A stretch of 64,000 nt of DNA from an uncultured Anaerolineales bacterium (GCA_964513075.1 CAZELR010000006.1:5031-69030); one strand, 5' to 3'. Numbered from the stretch's first letter, positions 17,876-27,808 are shown. Notes: generated from the sequence alone by a model not told the origin. Program-made: numbers and translations.

Positions 17876-18921
17876 GGTTTTATCCTTTGGCTCACAACGG
17901 GGCCTTCCGTGGTGGAGAGTTGTTTGCCCTGGCGCACCTGGGCCAGGTAAGCAGATTCCAAATCAATGCCTGCATTGTTGGCGATGCGGAGCAGGTGTGC
18001 AAGCGTATCTGCTAATGCTTCCTCCAGGTTGGCCTGCACGATATTAAGTGCCTGATCATGGGCTTCTTGACGATTGCCGAGTTGTGCGATCAGTTGGTCT
18101 TGCTGACGCCAGGCTTGCCTCAAGGCATGGCCTAGCGAGCCCACTTCCTCGGTGAGACCGATGTAGTTGAAGAACAGATCTGCGATTAAGCCCTCCTTGG
18201 GACTCAGGGCGCGCTGGGAGCGTTGGAAGTCCTGCAACCGTAGCCCGCTGTCGGACGAGGCTGCCTCGACGGAGACTCGGTCAACATCCAGCAGCGGCAG
18301 CTGGTAACTGCCTGATTTGAGCGCGTTTTTGATTCGCATAACCACCGTCGCACGTGCCTCGGGATCCTGTACGATATCGAGGCCGTCCGTGTCCAGCACC
18401 AGCAGGGGTGTGGCGGTGTAATCTGCAAAGAAATGGTCATACGCTTGCCGCAGCGCATCGATGTAATCGCGCTCCATCTGGCGTTCATAGCTGCGATCGC
18501 GAAACGCTATGCGCCTCATCAGCGTATCGGTGGAGGCCCTGAGATAGACTACCAGACCGGGTGCCGGAATTTGTTCGCCCAGGATCGCGTGCACCCGTTC
18601 GTACATCTTGAGTTCATCTCCTGCCAGGTTCAGGTGTGCGAAGAGCCAGTCCTTGGCGAAGAGGTAGTCGCTGACCAGGGGGTTATGTGTCAGGGTATTA
18701 GCGATGACGCGATGTTGTTGGCGATAGCGGCTCAGGAGGAAGAAGATCTGTGTTTGAAAGGCATAACGCGCGCGATCGGCATAGAAGTCGCCGAGGAAGG
18801 GATTTTCCTCGAAGACTTCCAGCAGAAGCTCGCCCGGCAATGCCTCGCTGAAAAAACGGGCCAGCGTCGTTTTGCCCACGCCGATGGCTCCCTCAATGGC
18901 AACGTATGGATGGAGCGACAC
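17872..18921 (-). CDS. Deoxynucleoside kinase fused to a C-terminal MazG-like domain
   Basis: N-terminal IEGAIGVGKT, EENPFL, QIFFLLSR, RDRSYE; C-terminal LTEEVGSL...EEALADTLAHLLRIAN..GIDLE. GTG start after AAGGAGG. Confidence 0.8.
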   Translation of the reverse strand: MSLHPYVAIEGAIGVGKTTLARFFSEALPGELLLEVFEENPFLGDFYADRARYAFQTQIFFLLSRYRQQHRVIANTLTHNPLVSDYLFAKDWLFAHLNLAGDELKMYERVHAILGEQIPAPGLVVYLRASTDTLMRRIAFRDRSYERQMERDYIDALRQAYDHFFADYTATPLLVLDTDGLDIVQDPEARATVVMRIKNALKSGSYQLPLLDVDRVSVEAASSDSGLRLQDFQRSQRALSPKEGLIADLFFNYIGLTEEVGSLGHALRQAWRQQDQLIAQLGNRQEAHDQALNIVQANLEEALADTLAHLLRIANNAGIDLESAYLAQVRQGKQLSTTEGPVVSQRIKP

Positions 18922-19000
18922 TTTGCCTCCTTACGGAGTATCTTATAGTTCCGAAGAATGGTATTATATGCTGGAGTGTGGACTTCAACCAAGAATGGCA

Positions 19001-19026
19001 TGAAACATTTGCGGAAATTCTGCGTA
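19001..19026 (+). promoter_or_regulatory. ECF (SigW-type) promoter, probably autoregulatory
   Basis: TGAAAC (19001-19006), 16 bp, CGTA (19023-19026) matches the B. subtilis SigW consensus and lies directly upstream of the ECF sigma gene. Confidence 0.72.
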
Positions 19027-19064
19027 ATTGAAATAAGCGGGTCAAGTCACCAAGGCAGACGGAC

Positions 19065-19643
19065 GTGGAGAATCAGGAACTTGTTTGGCTGGAGCAGGCA
19101 AGATGCGGCGACCGCCAGGCCTTTGCCCAGTTAGTGGCGGCTTATCAAGGGCCGGTCTTCAATTTGGCTTATCGCATGTTGGGCAACGCGGTCGAGGCCG
19201 AGGATGCTGTGCAAGAGACCTTTGTGCGAATGTACACGAAGCTCCACACCTACCAGCCGGAGCGTAAGCTATCGTCGTGGGTGCTCTCGATCGCTTCGCA
19301 TTATTGCATTGATCGCTTACGGCGGCGGCACGGCGACTGGGTGTCACTGGATGACGAGTCAGTGGCGACAGTGTTGCCCAGCCATACTCCCGGCCCTGAA
19401 GAACTCGCCCAGCGCGCCGAAGTTCGCGAGGAGGTTCAGCGTTTGCTGGACCAGCTACCGCCGGCCTACCGAGTCCCGTTGGTACTTCGGTATTGGTACG
19501 ACCTTTCGTACGCTGAGATCGCCGATGTGATGGGACTGACAGTGCAGGCCGTAAAGTCACGCTTGCATCGCGCTCGTCTGCAGATGCTTGGAGCAACTAC
19601 TGCCGAGTCTGCCTTGGCGCTTGCACCGGCAGGGGTGAGGTGA
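19065..19643 (+). CDS. ECF RNA polymerase sigma factor (SigW/RpoE-like)
   Basis: Region 2 AEDAVQETF...SWVLSIASHYCID.LRRR; region 4 LRYWYDLSYAEIA..MG...AVKSRLHRAR. Confidence 0.93.
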   Translation: MENQELVWLEQARCGDRQAFAQLVAAYQGPVFNLAYRMLGNAVEAEDAVQETFVRMYTKLHTYQPERKLSSWVLSIASHYCIDRLRRRHGDWVSLDDESVATVLPSHTPGPEELAQRAEVREEVQRLLDQLPPAYRVPLVLRYWYDLSYAEIADVMGLTVQAVKSRLHRARLQMLGATTAESALALAPAGVR

Positions 19644-20197
19644 AGATTATGCATGATGACTATACCCTATTGATGTCGCTGGTGCTGGATCGAGAGGCCA
19701 TGCCGGTGGACGTGCAGCGATTAGAGGCGCATCTGCGCATCTGTCGCTCGTGCTCTGAGACGTGGCAGCAGTGGCAGATACTGGACCACCGTTTGGCTGC
19801 CTCTCCGATGGAAGCTCCACCGATTGGCTTGGCCGAGAGAGTAGTTGCCCGCTTGGATCATGTTGAGTTGCGGCGACGCCGCACGCGTTGGTTAGGCAGG
19901 GGCTTACTCGCCGGGCTGTTCGGGCTGGTAGGGGCCGTCGGTTTATGGGGAGGATTGGCATTCACCTGGTTTCATGCCAGCACAGGTATGCTCGCAGAGT
20001 GGGTTTTCGTCGTCTCACAGTGGATCAATGCCTTGCTCTTGCTCGGGCGCGGTGCCTGGGTGGCCGTCTCCAGCCTGGGCGCACCGACTCTAGCCGGCGC
20101 AGTGGGCTTATTAGCCTGTGCAACTTGTGTCCTAGGTGTGGTCTGGCTCTGGTTGGTCCCGCGCCATGCGCGCGTCTACGAATTGGCAGGAGGATAA
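19640..20197 (+). CDS. Zinc-finger (zf-HC2/ZAS) anti-sigma factor, membrane anchored
   Basis: HLRICRSC (HxxxCxxC) followed by TM segments; GTGA overlap with the sigma gene. Confidence 0.8.
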   Translation: MKIMHDDYTLLMSLVLDREAMPVDVQRLEAHLRICRSCSETWQQWQILDHRLAASPMEAPPIGLAERVVARLDHVELRRRRTRWLGRGLLAGLFGLVGAVGLWGGLAFTWFHASTGMLAEWVFVVSQWINALLLLGRGAWVAVSSLGAPTLAGAVGLLACATCVLGVVWLWLVPRHARVYELAGG

Positions 20198-20200
20198 CCC

Positions 20201-21274
20201 ATGCAGCGCAGAGTAAGGCTTGTGATTTTAGTTCTTGTCGTTAGCTTACTGGTGATTGCGGTTCCGACCGCGTTTGCGCAAAGCGGTGGCGGCGACAAGG
20301 TCGTCTTTGATCAAGCATACACTTTGGAGGCAGGCACAATCTTGAACGGCAACCTGGCTGTCGTTGGCGGCAGCGTGACGTTGGAGCCAGGCAGCACGGT
20401 CGGCGGCGACGTCGTGCTTTTTGGTGGGCAACTAGTGGTCGATGGCGCCATCACGGGCAATGTTGCTGCGTTTGGTGGGCATGTTACCTTGGGCGAATCC
20501 GCTGTTCTGGCGGGCGATTTCACCGCATTGGGCGGATCAATCGATCGGGCGCCTGGCGCAACAATTCAGGGTGAGACACTGCTGGGCCTCCGCTCCCTTG
20601 ATTTTGGCCGGCTGGGCATTCGGATCCCCGGGATGGATGTGCGTCCTCCGCTCGAAGGATCCATGCAGCTTGTGAAGCGCTTTTTTCTTTGGCAGTTGCG
20701 GACCTTTGGCACGGCGTTGCTCTTGGCGCTCCTGGGCGTAGCCGCGCTGCTCCTCGTGCCGAGAAACATTGGCCGCATCGCCAACGCGGCGGCCGCGCAA
20801 TCTGCCGTGAGCCTCGGGATGGGCTTGCTGACCCTGCTATTGGCGCTGTTTGCAGGCGCGCTGCTATTGATCGCTTGCGGGCTGGGCCTCCTGGTTTGGC
20901 TGGGACTGGCATCAGCGTTGCTTTTGGGGTGGATCGGTGTCGGATTGTGGGTAGGGCAGCGTTTGTTGGCCGCGCTGAAAGTTCGCACCGCTTCTGCGAG
21001 CCCCGAAGTGATCATCGGCATCTTCGTGATCACCGTGCTGGCTGAGCTGCCTTCTTGCATCGGTTTCTTTATCTGGCTGCTCATCGGATCCATCGGTCTG
21101 GGTGCAGTGGTGCTGACGCGTTTCGGCAGTCAGTCAATGGAAACCGGCGCACCCGTTCTGGGCACTGCCGGCCGGCCCGCAGAAGTGAATGCCAGTGGGA
21201 GGCGGGAGGCCGCATCCGAACTGACGGATGGCACGCTGCCAGACGCTTCACCTGGAGGCCCTGATCCTTCTTGA
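20201..21274 (+). CDS. Bactofilin-like beta-helix repeat + multi-TM membrane protein
   Basis: Signal/TM, then repeated V.GD...FGG...L repeats, then 5-6 TM helices ending GLGAVVLTRFG. Confidence 0.7.
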   Translation: MQRRVRLVILVLVVSLLVIAVPTAFAQSGGGDKVVFDQAYTLEAGTILNGNLAVVGGSVTLEPGSTVGGDVVLFGGQLVVDGAITGNVAAFGGHVTLGESAVLAGDFTALGGSIDRAPGATIQGETLLGLRSLDFGRLGIRIPGMDVRPPLEGSMQLVKRFFLWQLRTFGTALLLALLGVAALLLVPRNIGRIANAAAAQSAVSLGMGLLTLLLALFAGALLLIACGLGLLVWLGLASALLLGWIGVGLWVGQRLLAALKVRTASASPEVIIGIFVITVLAELPSCIGFFIWLLIGSIGLGAVVLTRFGSQSMETGAPVLGTAGRPAEVNASGRREAASELTDGTLPDASPGGPDPS

Positions 21275-21301
21275 TCAAGTCGTGCCTCGTCTGCACTGCA
21301 C

Positions 21302-21330
21302 TTGACCTTCAATCAGTGGGCGGTTACAAT
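21302..21330 (+). promoter_or_regulatory. sigma70-type promoter of the argF-cdaA-cdaR-der run
   Basis: TTGACC (21302-21307), 17 bp, TACAAT (21325-21330). Confidence 0.7.
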
Positions 21331-21377
21331 AGCGTTGTTGCCCGGCTTTCGCCGGGCAAGCTATCCCGCCCACTTTT
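21315..21377 (+). terminator. Extended hairpin overlapping the promoter; candidate terminator of the ECF operon
   Basis: AGTGGGCGG/CCGCCCACT outer stem, TAGC/GCTA, perfect TTGCCCGGC-TTTC-GCCGGGCAA inner stem, followed by TTT. Confidence 0.45.
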
Positions 21378-21411
21378 GCGCGGGAAATCCAGGTGAGGTG
21401 CAGGGTCGGGT

Positions 21412-22293
21412 ATGCCCTATGATCGGAACCGCCTCGCAGGCGTGTGGGAAGATAGCGGCCCGCTGGTGCGGGTGCGTCTTACACTCAGCCGTACGCTTTG
21501 GCGCATTGGCCCTGCTTGGTCCGTACTGGCAGGGGCCTTGGTTTTCGGCTGGGCGCCCACCAGTGCTGTAGCGTTCTTTCGGCTTGTGGCGGCGGTTGTG
21601 CTGGGCGACCTCGCATGGGGAAGCTTGCGCCAGATCGTGCCTCTGGGGCCAATCGGGTTCGGCTCGCCGGATGCCTCGCCCCTCATCTTGCCTTATGCCA
21701 GATCAGAAGCGCCTCTGACCAGGGTTCTGAATCGCTTAGCGCGGAGTTCAGGACAGCCCGCAGCTTCTGTCTGGCAACCGCTGATAGTCAGTTTGGCGTC
21801 GATCTCGGTTCTCAGTCTGTTGTTGGGACCTGCCGCCCTGGCTTTGTCTGGCGGCGTGGTATTGCTGGTTGCGCTGGCCTGGCTGCTACTGGTGAATCGG
21901 CACCGCTATCCGGCCTTGTGTCTGGCCCTGTTGGACGTTGCGGCCCCTTGGCTGTTGGGGATGTCCTGGGCCGGCTTGGGAACGTTGGCATCACGGGCCG
22001 CGCTGGGGCCGTTCACGCTGATGGCCGGTTTTACACTACTGCAGTGGGGCGTATATCGGGCGAGGCCCTCTGACGAGGCATCGCGCTTTGGGCTTTGGGC
22101 TGGGCAGGCTGCGGTCTTGGCGGCGCTTATTGCGACACGGCAGGCAGCGGCATGCGCTATCGTGGCTGTTCTATTTGTTCCACCTTCATGGTGGTTGCTC
22201 GGGCGAGACCGGTCAGGGTTGCCCAGGGCGTTCCCGTGGTGGTGGGCCGCTTTTGAAGTTGCCGCTTTGGCACAGATGATTTATGCGCTGTAG
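21412..22293 (+). CDS. Hypothetical multi-pass membrane protein (possible degenerate UbiA-like fold)
   Basis: About 8 hydrophobic segments; no catalytic motif recognised. Confidence 0.6.
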   Translation: MPYDRNRLAGVWEDSGPLVRVRLTLSRTLWRIGPAWSVLAGALVFGWAPTSAVAFFRLVAAVVLGDLAWGSLRQIVPLGPIGFGSPDASPLILPYARSEAPLTRVLNRLARSSGQPAASVWQPLIVSLASISVLSLLLGPAALALSGGVVLLVALAWLLLVNRHRYPALCLALLDVAAPWLLGMSWAGLGTLASRAALGPFTLMAGFTLLQWGVYRARPSDEASRFGLWAGQAAVLAALIATRQAAACAIVAVLFVPPSWWLLGRDRSGLPRAFPWWWAAFEVAALAQMIYAL

Positions 22294-22311
22294 CGCAGGG
22301 GGAGAACAGAT

Positions 22312-23244
22312 ATGGCACAGAAACGCGACTTTGTGAGCTTGGCGGATTATACCGCCGAAGAGTTGTGGCGCTGGTTGCGCCTGGCGCGCGATTTGAAAGC
22401 TGAATGGCAGGCCGGTGGTAACAGGCCGCTTCTCAAGGGCAAGACGCTCGGCATGATTTTCCAGAAGCCGTCGTTGCGTACTCGCGTCAGCTTCGAAATG
22501 GGCATGCGCCATCTTGGCGGCGATGCCTTGTATTTGTCTCCCACGGAGATCGGGCTGGGCGGCCGAGAGAGCGTGGCGGATATCGCTCGTGTGCTTTCGC
22601 GTTACGTAGATGGCATTATGGCGCGTGTCTTTGCGCATGCACACGTGATCGAGTTGGCGCGCTATTCGAAGGTGCCCGTCATCAACGGTTTATCTGACTA
22701 TAACCATCCATGCCAGGGGTTTGCCGACCTGTTTACTATCTGGGAGAAGCTGGGCAGGCTTGAGGGCATTAAGCTGGCTTATGTGGGCGACGGTAATAAT
22801 GTTGCGACCTCTTTGATGTTTGGGGGCGGCAAACTTGGCTTGCACGTCAGCGTGGGCACACCGGCGGGCTACGAGCCTAGCGCCGCGGTCGTCGATCAGG
22901 CGCGCGCTTTTGCAGCAGAAAGTGGCGGCTCTATCGCTGTCACCAATGATCCGTTCGCCGCGGTAGCGGATGCCCACGTGGTTTATACTGATGTCTGGAC
23001 GAGCATGGGCCAGGAGGCCGAGAAGGCCGCTCGCGCCACGGCCTTTCCGCCTTTCCAGATCAATGCGCAACTGATTGCTGCGGCTCGGCCGGGTGCAATC
23101 GTGATGCATTGTCTGCCGGCCCATCGCGGCGAGGAGATCACTGACGAAGTGGCAGATGGTCCGCAATCAGCCCTTTTTGACCAAGCTGAGAATCGCATGC
23201 ATGGACAGAAAGCAATCCTGGCCGCGTTGCTGGGGCCGGCCTGA
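22312..23244 (+). CDS. argF: Ornithine carbamoyltransferase
   Basis: Motifs [43 protein letters not shown]. Confidence 0.95.
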   Translation: MAQKRDFVSLADYTAEELWRWLRLARDLKAEWQAGGNRPLLKGKTLGMIFQKPSLRTRVSFEMGMRHLGGDALYLSPTEIGLGGRESVADIARVLSRYVDGIMARVFAHAHVIELARYSKVPVINGLSDYNHPCQGFADLFTIWEKLGRLEGIKLAYVGDGNNVATSLMFGGGKLGLHVSVGTPAGYEPSAAVVDQARAFAAESGGSIAVTNDPFAAVADAHVVYTDVWTSMGQEAEKAARATAFPPFQINAQLIAAARPGAIVMHCLPAHRGEEITDEVADGPQSALFDQAENRMHGQKAILAALLGPA

Positions 23245-23269
23245 CAACGGCAGTTGAGGAACTACCGCG

Positions 23270-24103
23270 ATGGCGCGTCTTGCCGCTCTGCTTGAGCAGC
23301 TCGTATCGGATGTCATCGGTGTTCTGCCCCAGTTTGGATGGGAGAGCGCCGTCGATATTCTACTGGTTGCCCTGGTCTTCTATGGCTTGTTCCGGCTCTT
23401 TCAGGGGACTCAGGCGGTAGCACTTTTGCGCGGCATCCTGTTTGTCTCGCTGCTTTTTGTTGTAGCAGCTAGCCGATTCACCGCGTTCGGCTGGCTGCTG
23501 CGCAATAGTCTGTCGGTAATTCTTGTGGCGATCCCTGTAGTGTTTCAGCCCGAACTGCGGCGCGCGCTTGAACGGTTGGGACGCACTGCACCCGGGCTGA
23601 TGGGGCGGGGCGGTCGGGAGACGGTGGCGCAACAGGTAATCCATGAGGTCATCCAGGCTGTTGAGACTCTGGCGCGGGAACGGACTGGCGCGCTGATTGT
23701 TTTGGAGGGAGATACTGGTCTGGAGGAATATATAGAATCGGGCGAACGGATTGACGCAGGGGTTTCGGCGCGTCTGCTTTTGACGATTTTCTTTCCGGGC
23801 ACTCCCTTGCACGACGGCGCAATCATCATGCGCGGAGATCGCGTAATTGCTGCCGGATGTCTTCTTCCGCTCACGCAGCGCGATCTGGCCGACAGTTCGT
23901 TGGGTACACGGCACAGAGCTGCGGTCGGGATGACGGAACAGAACGACGCGCTGGTCATTGTGGTATCGGAGGAGACGGGCATTATTTCCCTGGCGCGGGC
24001 GGGCCGGATTGCACGGCGACTGGATCCGCAGCGGCTCCGGACCATTCTACACGCCTTTTATAAACCGCGCCGCTTGTTGATGCGGGAACGTATGGATAGA
24101 TGA
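23270..24103 (+). CDS. cdaA: Diadenylate cyclase CdaA (3 TM + DAC domain)
   Basis: Motifs FQPELRRALE, PLHDGA, LGTRHRAA, VVSEETG. Confidence 0.95.
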   Translation: MARLAALLEQLVSDVIGVLPQFGWESAVDILLVALVFYGLFRLFQGTQAVALLRGILFVSLLFVVAASRFTAFGWLLRNSLSVILVAIPVVFQPELRRALERLGRTAPGLMGRGGRETVAQQVIHEVIQAVETLARERTGALIVLEGDTGLEEYIESGERIDAGVSARLLLTIFFPGTPLHDGAIIMRGDRVIAAGCLLPLTQRDLADSSLGTRHRAAVGMTEQNDALVIVVSEETGIISLARAGRIARRLDPQRLRTILHAFYKPRRLLMRERMDR

Positions 24104-25380
24104 GAATCTGGCTGTCACGACTGGGTTCGGCGGCCCTCGCGCTGCTGTTGGCTGGTATTGTCTGGGTCGTCGCGGTCCAGCAGGATTACCCGCGGCGCGA
24201 GTTCTCCCAGCCGATCATAGTAAGCCGCTCGGGTCTTCCAGAGGATCTTACGGTCTTTGGCGATATTTTGAACGAGGTGCGCATCGAGGTGCGCGCGCCC
24301 AAGGCGCGTTGGGGTAATTTGCAAGCCAAAGACTTCACGGCCTGGGTCGATTTGTCTGCACTTAGCGCCGGCGAGTATGATGTGCCGGTGCAGGTCCTGC
24401 CTCCAGATCCGCAAGTGCAGGTGACCGCCATTGACCCGCCGGTTATCCGGGTCCGCCTGGAGGCGCGTGTCGGGAAATCGCTGCCCGTGCAGGTCAACAT
24501 CATGGATGCACCGGCCTACGGCTATAGTTGGACAACACCCGTCATTACGCCCACCCACGTGCTTGTTTCGGGCTCAGCGTCGTGGATGGAGCAGATATCG
24601 TCGGCAGTTGTAGAGGTCTACTTGGGGGGAGCGCGTACAGCAGTGGCGCGCACGCCGCGTGTTGAGGCCCGAGATGTCCAAGGAAACACGGTGAGTGCGG
24701 CCGATATTGCGCCACGAACCGTCAATGTCACTGTGCCGGTGACTCAGTTGCCGGGCTATCGCGAATTGACGATTCTGGTGGAGCCTTCGGGCACGCCGGC
24801 TGACGGCTACACAGTAAGTTCCGTGCTGGCTTATCCTAAACTGGTAAGCGTGCAGGGCGATCCCTTGGTCATTTCGAGCCTTAGCGGCTACATCACGGTG
24901 CCTGTCGACATCAGCGGCACAAGCCAGGATGTGGTCGAACAGGTGCCGTTGCATCTGCCGGAAAGTGTCTCCACATTGGGTACGCAGAGCGCGGAGGTCG
25001 TAGTTCGAATTGTGCCTATCACCGGCGCGTTGACCGTGCAACGACGCCCTGTCATTCAGGGCCTTGGCGCCGGCTTAGCGTACACGCTTACCCTGGATCT
25101 GGTGAATGTGTTCCTTACTGGGCCGTCGCCGAAGCTGTTGGCCTTGAGGCCGGATGCAGTGCCGGTGGTGTTGGACGTGACTGGCCTTGGCCCTGGCGTC
25201 CATGTTGTGGAGCCAAAGGTGCTTGCTCCGAGCGATATCAAGGTGGAAAGCATTTCTCCACAAACCGTGGAAATTACTATCGGTTTGTCGCTGACCCCAG
25301 CGGCATCTGCGCCCGGACGTGCGCCGCTGGGTGCACCTACAGCGTCAATTACATCTCCGGCGAAAACAGTTCGCCCCTGA
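24100..25380 (+). CDS. cdaR: CdaR / YbbR-repeat regulator
   Basis: N-terminal TM plus repeated YbbR-like units; ATGA overlap with cdaA. Confidence 0.88.
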   Translation: MRIWLSRLGSAALALLLAGIVWVVAVQQDYPRREFSQPIIVSRSGLPEDLTVFGDILNEVRIEVRAPKARWGNLQAKDFTAWVDLSALSAGEYDVPVQVLPPDPQVQVTAIDPPVIRVRLEARVGKSLPVQVNIMDAPAYGYSWTTPVITPTHVLVSGSASWMEQISSAVVEVYLGGARTAVARTPRVEARDVQGNTVSAADIAPRTVNVTVPVTQLPGYRELTILVEPSGTPADGYTVSSVLAYPKLVSVQGDPLVISSLSGYITVPVDISGTSQDVVEQVPLHLPESVSTLGTQSAEVVVRIVPITGALTVQRRPVIQGLGAGLAYTLTLDLVNVFLTGPSPKLLALRPDAVPVVLDVTGLGPGVHVVEPKVLAPSDIKVESISPQTVEITIGLSLTPAASAPGRAPLGAPTASITSPAKTVRP

Positions 25381-25394
25381 ATCGAGGATATCCG

Positions 25395-26771
25395 ATGCGA
25401 ATGCCTGTTGTGGCTTTGGTGGGCCGCCCTAATGTCGGGAAGTCCACATTCTTTAACCGTATCACCGGTGAGCGGCGCTCTATTGTAGAGGATGAGCCCG
25501 GCACTACGCGTGATCGGCTTTATGGGACCGGTGAGTGGAATGGCAGCCCATTCATCATCATCGACACGGGTGGTCTTGACATCGCTCTCACTGATAAAAC
25601 ACCGGGCAAGGGCGATCAACCGGGGTCGTTAGGCCTCTCATCGCGTGATTTTGCGCGCGAGATTCGACAGCAAGCCGAAGTAGCGATTGCCGAGGCTGAT
25701 GTGGTGCTGTTGTTGGTTGATGGGCGTGATGGGTTGACGGCGGCCGATAGGGACGTAGCCGATGTGCTGCGGCGGTCCGGCCGCCCGGTCGTGTTGGCGG
25801 TCAACAAGGCGGATAACGAGGAGCGACGGCAGGCCGCCCTGGAGTTTTATGAGCTCAACCTCGGCGTGCCGTATCCGATCTCGGCTTTGCACGGCACCGG
25901 AACGGGTGATCTGCTCGATGCAGTTGTGGCCGATTTGCCTCCCGCACAGGAAGAGGAGGCGGTTGACTCGGTGCGAATCGCGATCGTCGGCCGTCCCAAC
26001 GTGGGTAAGTCCTCGCTGTTGAACGCCCTGCTGCAGGAAGAGCGTGCGATTGTCAGTCCCATACCCGGCACAACGCGGGATGCGATCGATACCGAGATCG
26101 CCTGGGAGGGTCAAAAGTTGACGCTGGTGGATACGGCAGGGATCCGGCGGCGCGGCAAAGTGGAAGTCGGCGTCGAGAAATATAGCGTGTTGCGCTCATT
26201 GGGCGCAATCCAGCGAGCGGATGTCGTCCTGCTACTGATCGATGCCACAGCGGGCATCACCGCGCAGGATACGCATGTTGCGAGCTTTATCCTCGAGGCC
26301 TATAAGAGCGTGGCGGTAATCATCAATAAGTGGGATGCGGTCGAGGACAAGGATACGCACACCATGAGCCAGTTCAGCGAGGAGATACGTCAGAAGCTAC
26401 GCTTTATGGATTATGTGCCTTTGCTGTTTATCTCGGCCTTGACACGGCAGCGGGTTAGCAAGGTGCTTCCGTTGGCGGTATCGCTCGCCGCGCAGCGCCA
26501 GATACGTGTGCCGACCTCTGAGCTTAATCGGCTATTCCGAGAAGCGATGGTCGCGCATCCTGCGCCGAGTCGGCGGGGAAAACCCCTGAAGCTGCTATAC
26601 GCCACACAGGCCGAGGTCGCGCCGCCTACGTTTGTGCTGTTTGTGAACGACCCGGAGCTGGTGCACTTTAGCTACAGTCGCTTCCTGGAGAATCGCATTC
26701 GCGCCGTCTATCCTTTCGAGGGGACTCCGATACGCTTTCGTTTCAGGCGGCGCGAGTCGACGGATTCATAA
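25395..26771 (+). CDS. der: Ribosome biogenesis GTPase Der
   Basis: Two G domains (GRPNVGKS twice, DTGG/DTAG, NKAD/NKWD) plus a KH-like C-terminus. Confidence 0.97.
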   Translation: MRMPVVALVGRPNVGKSTFFNRITGERRSIVEDEPGTTRDRLYGTGEWNGSPFIIIDTGGLDIALTDKTPGKGDQPGSLGLSSRDFAREIRQQAEVAIAEADVVLLLVDGRDGLTAADRDVADVLRRSGRPVVLAVNKADNEERRQAALEFYELNLGVPYPISALHGTGTGDLLDAVVADLPPAQEEEAVDSVRIAIVGRPNVGKSSLLNALLQEERAIVSPIPGTTRDAIDTEIAWEGQKLTLVDTAGIRRRGKVEVGVEKYSVLRSLGAIQRADVVLLLIDATAGITAQDTHVASFILEAYKSVAVIINKWDAVEDKDTHTMSQFSEEIRQKLRFMDYVPLLFISALTRQRVSKVLPLAVSLAAQRQIRVPTSELNRLFREAMVAHPAPSRRGKPLKLLYATQAEVAPPTFVLFVNDPELVHFSYSRFLENRIRAVYPFEGTPIRFRFRRRESTDS

Positions 26772-26833
26772 GCTTCGTGTAGCAATAGAATACAACACAA
26801 AGCTTATCTTGATTCAAAAGAGCAAATTAGGCT

Positions 26834-27778
26834 ATGCGAAGTGTTAGGGCTTTTCGCAACTGGAGCCGCGAACGTTGGCTAGAATTGGTATTGCTGGCTG
26901 GCTTCTTCGCATTACTTGTCTGGCTCGGCAAAGTTGTTGCTCCGTATGTTGCCCCTTATGTGCGCGTTTTATTACCTGCCCGCAGTGAGAGATTTGTCGG
27001 TGGGGAAGCGTTCGCACACCTTGAGGCGCAGGTAGCTTTCGGCGCACGGCCTACCGGGTCTGAGGCAAGTCGTCAAACGGCTGACTACATCGTGACGCAT
27101 CTGACGAAGCTGGGCTGGCAGGTTGAGACGCAGGAATTTACTTATCGCGGCGTTGCGGCGCGCAACATCATCGCCAGGGCGGGTGATGGGCCGGTGGCCA
27201 TCATCGGCGCGCATTACGATACGCGACGGTTGGCCGACAATGATCCCAACCCCGGTCTGCGCCAGGAGCCAGTTTTGGGAGCTAATGATGGAGCCAGTGG
27301 TGTTGCTGTGCTGTTGGAACTCGCACGCGTCCTGGATCAGAAACGATTGCAGCACGAAGTGTGGCTAGCCTTCTTCGACGCAGAAGATAATGGCCGTCTC
27401 GATGGTTGGGAATTCACGGCCGGATCCACTCAGATGGCCAGCACGTTAGCCGAGCGCCCAGAGTTGGTCGTTGTTGTTGATATGATCGGTGACGCCTACC
27501 AGCAAATCTATCGGGAGCAGACTTCAACCACGGAACTTACTGATCGCATCTGGAAGATCGCAGCCGACCTTGGGTATGAAGAGTACTTCATACCCAAGGA
27601 AAAATACAGTATGCTGGATGATCACACGCCCTTCTTGCGATTAGGCATTCCAGCGGTTGATTTGATCGATTTCGATTATCCGTACTGGCACACTACCCAA
27701 GATACGCCGGACAAAACGTCGCCCAGCTCATTGGAACGCGTAGGGCGAGTCTTGGAGATCTTGCTGGAAGGCCAATAG
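26834..27778 (+). CDS. M28 family peptidase / glutaminyl cyclase-like
   Basis: Motifs GAHYDTR, GANDGASGVAVLLELAR, FDAED, DMIGD, DDH.PF, YWHT..DT. Confidence 0.88.
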   Translation: MRSVRAFRNWSRERWLELVLLAGFFALLVWLGKVVAPYVAPYVRVLLPARSERFVGGEAFAHLEAQVAFGARPTGSEASRQTADYIVTHLTKLGWQVETQEFTYRGVAARNIIARAGDGPVAIIGAHYDTRRLADNDPNPGLRQEPVLGANDGASGVAVLLELARVLDQKRLQHEVWLAFFDAEDNGRLDGWEFTAGSTQMASTLAERPELVVVVDMIGDAYQQIYREQTSTTELTDRIWKIAADLGYEEYFIPKEKYSMLDDHTPFLRLGIPAVDLIDFDYPYWHTTQDTPDKTSPSSLERVGRVLEILLEGQ

Positions 27779-27808
27779 CTTTGGCGGAAGAAGCGAAGGA
27801 GCGCAACT

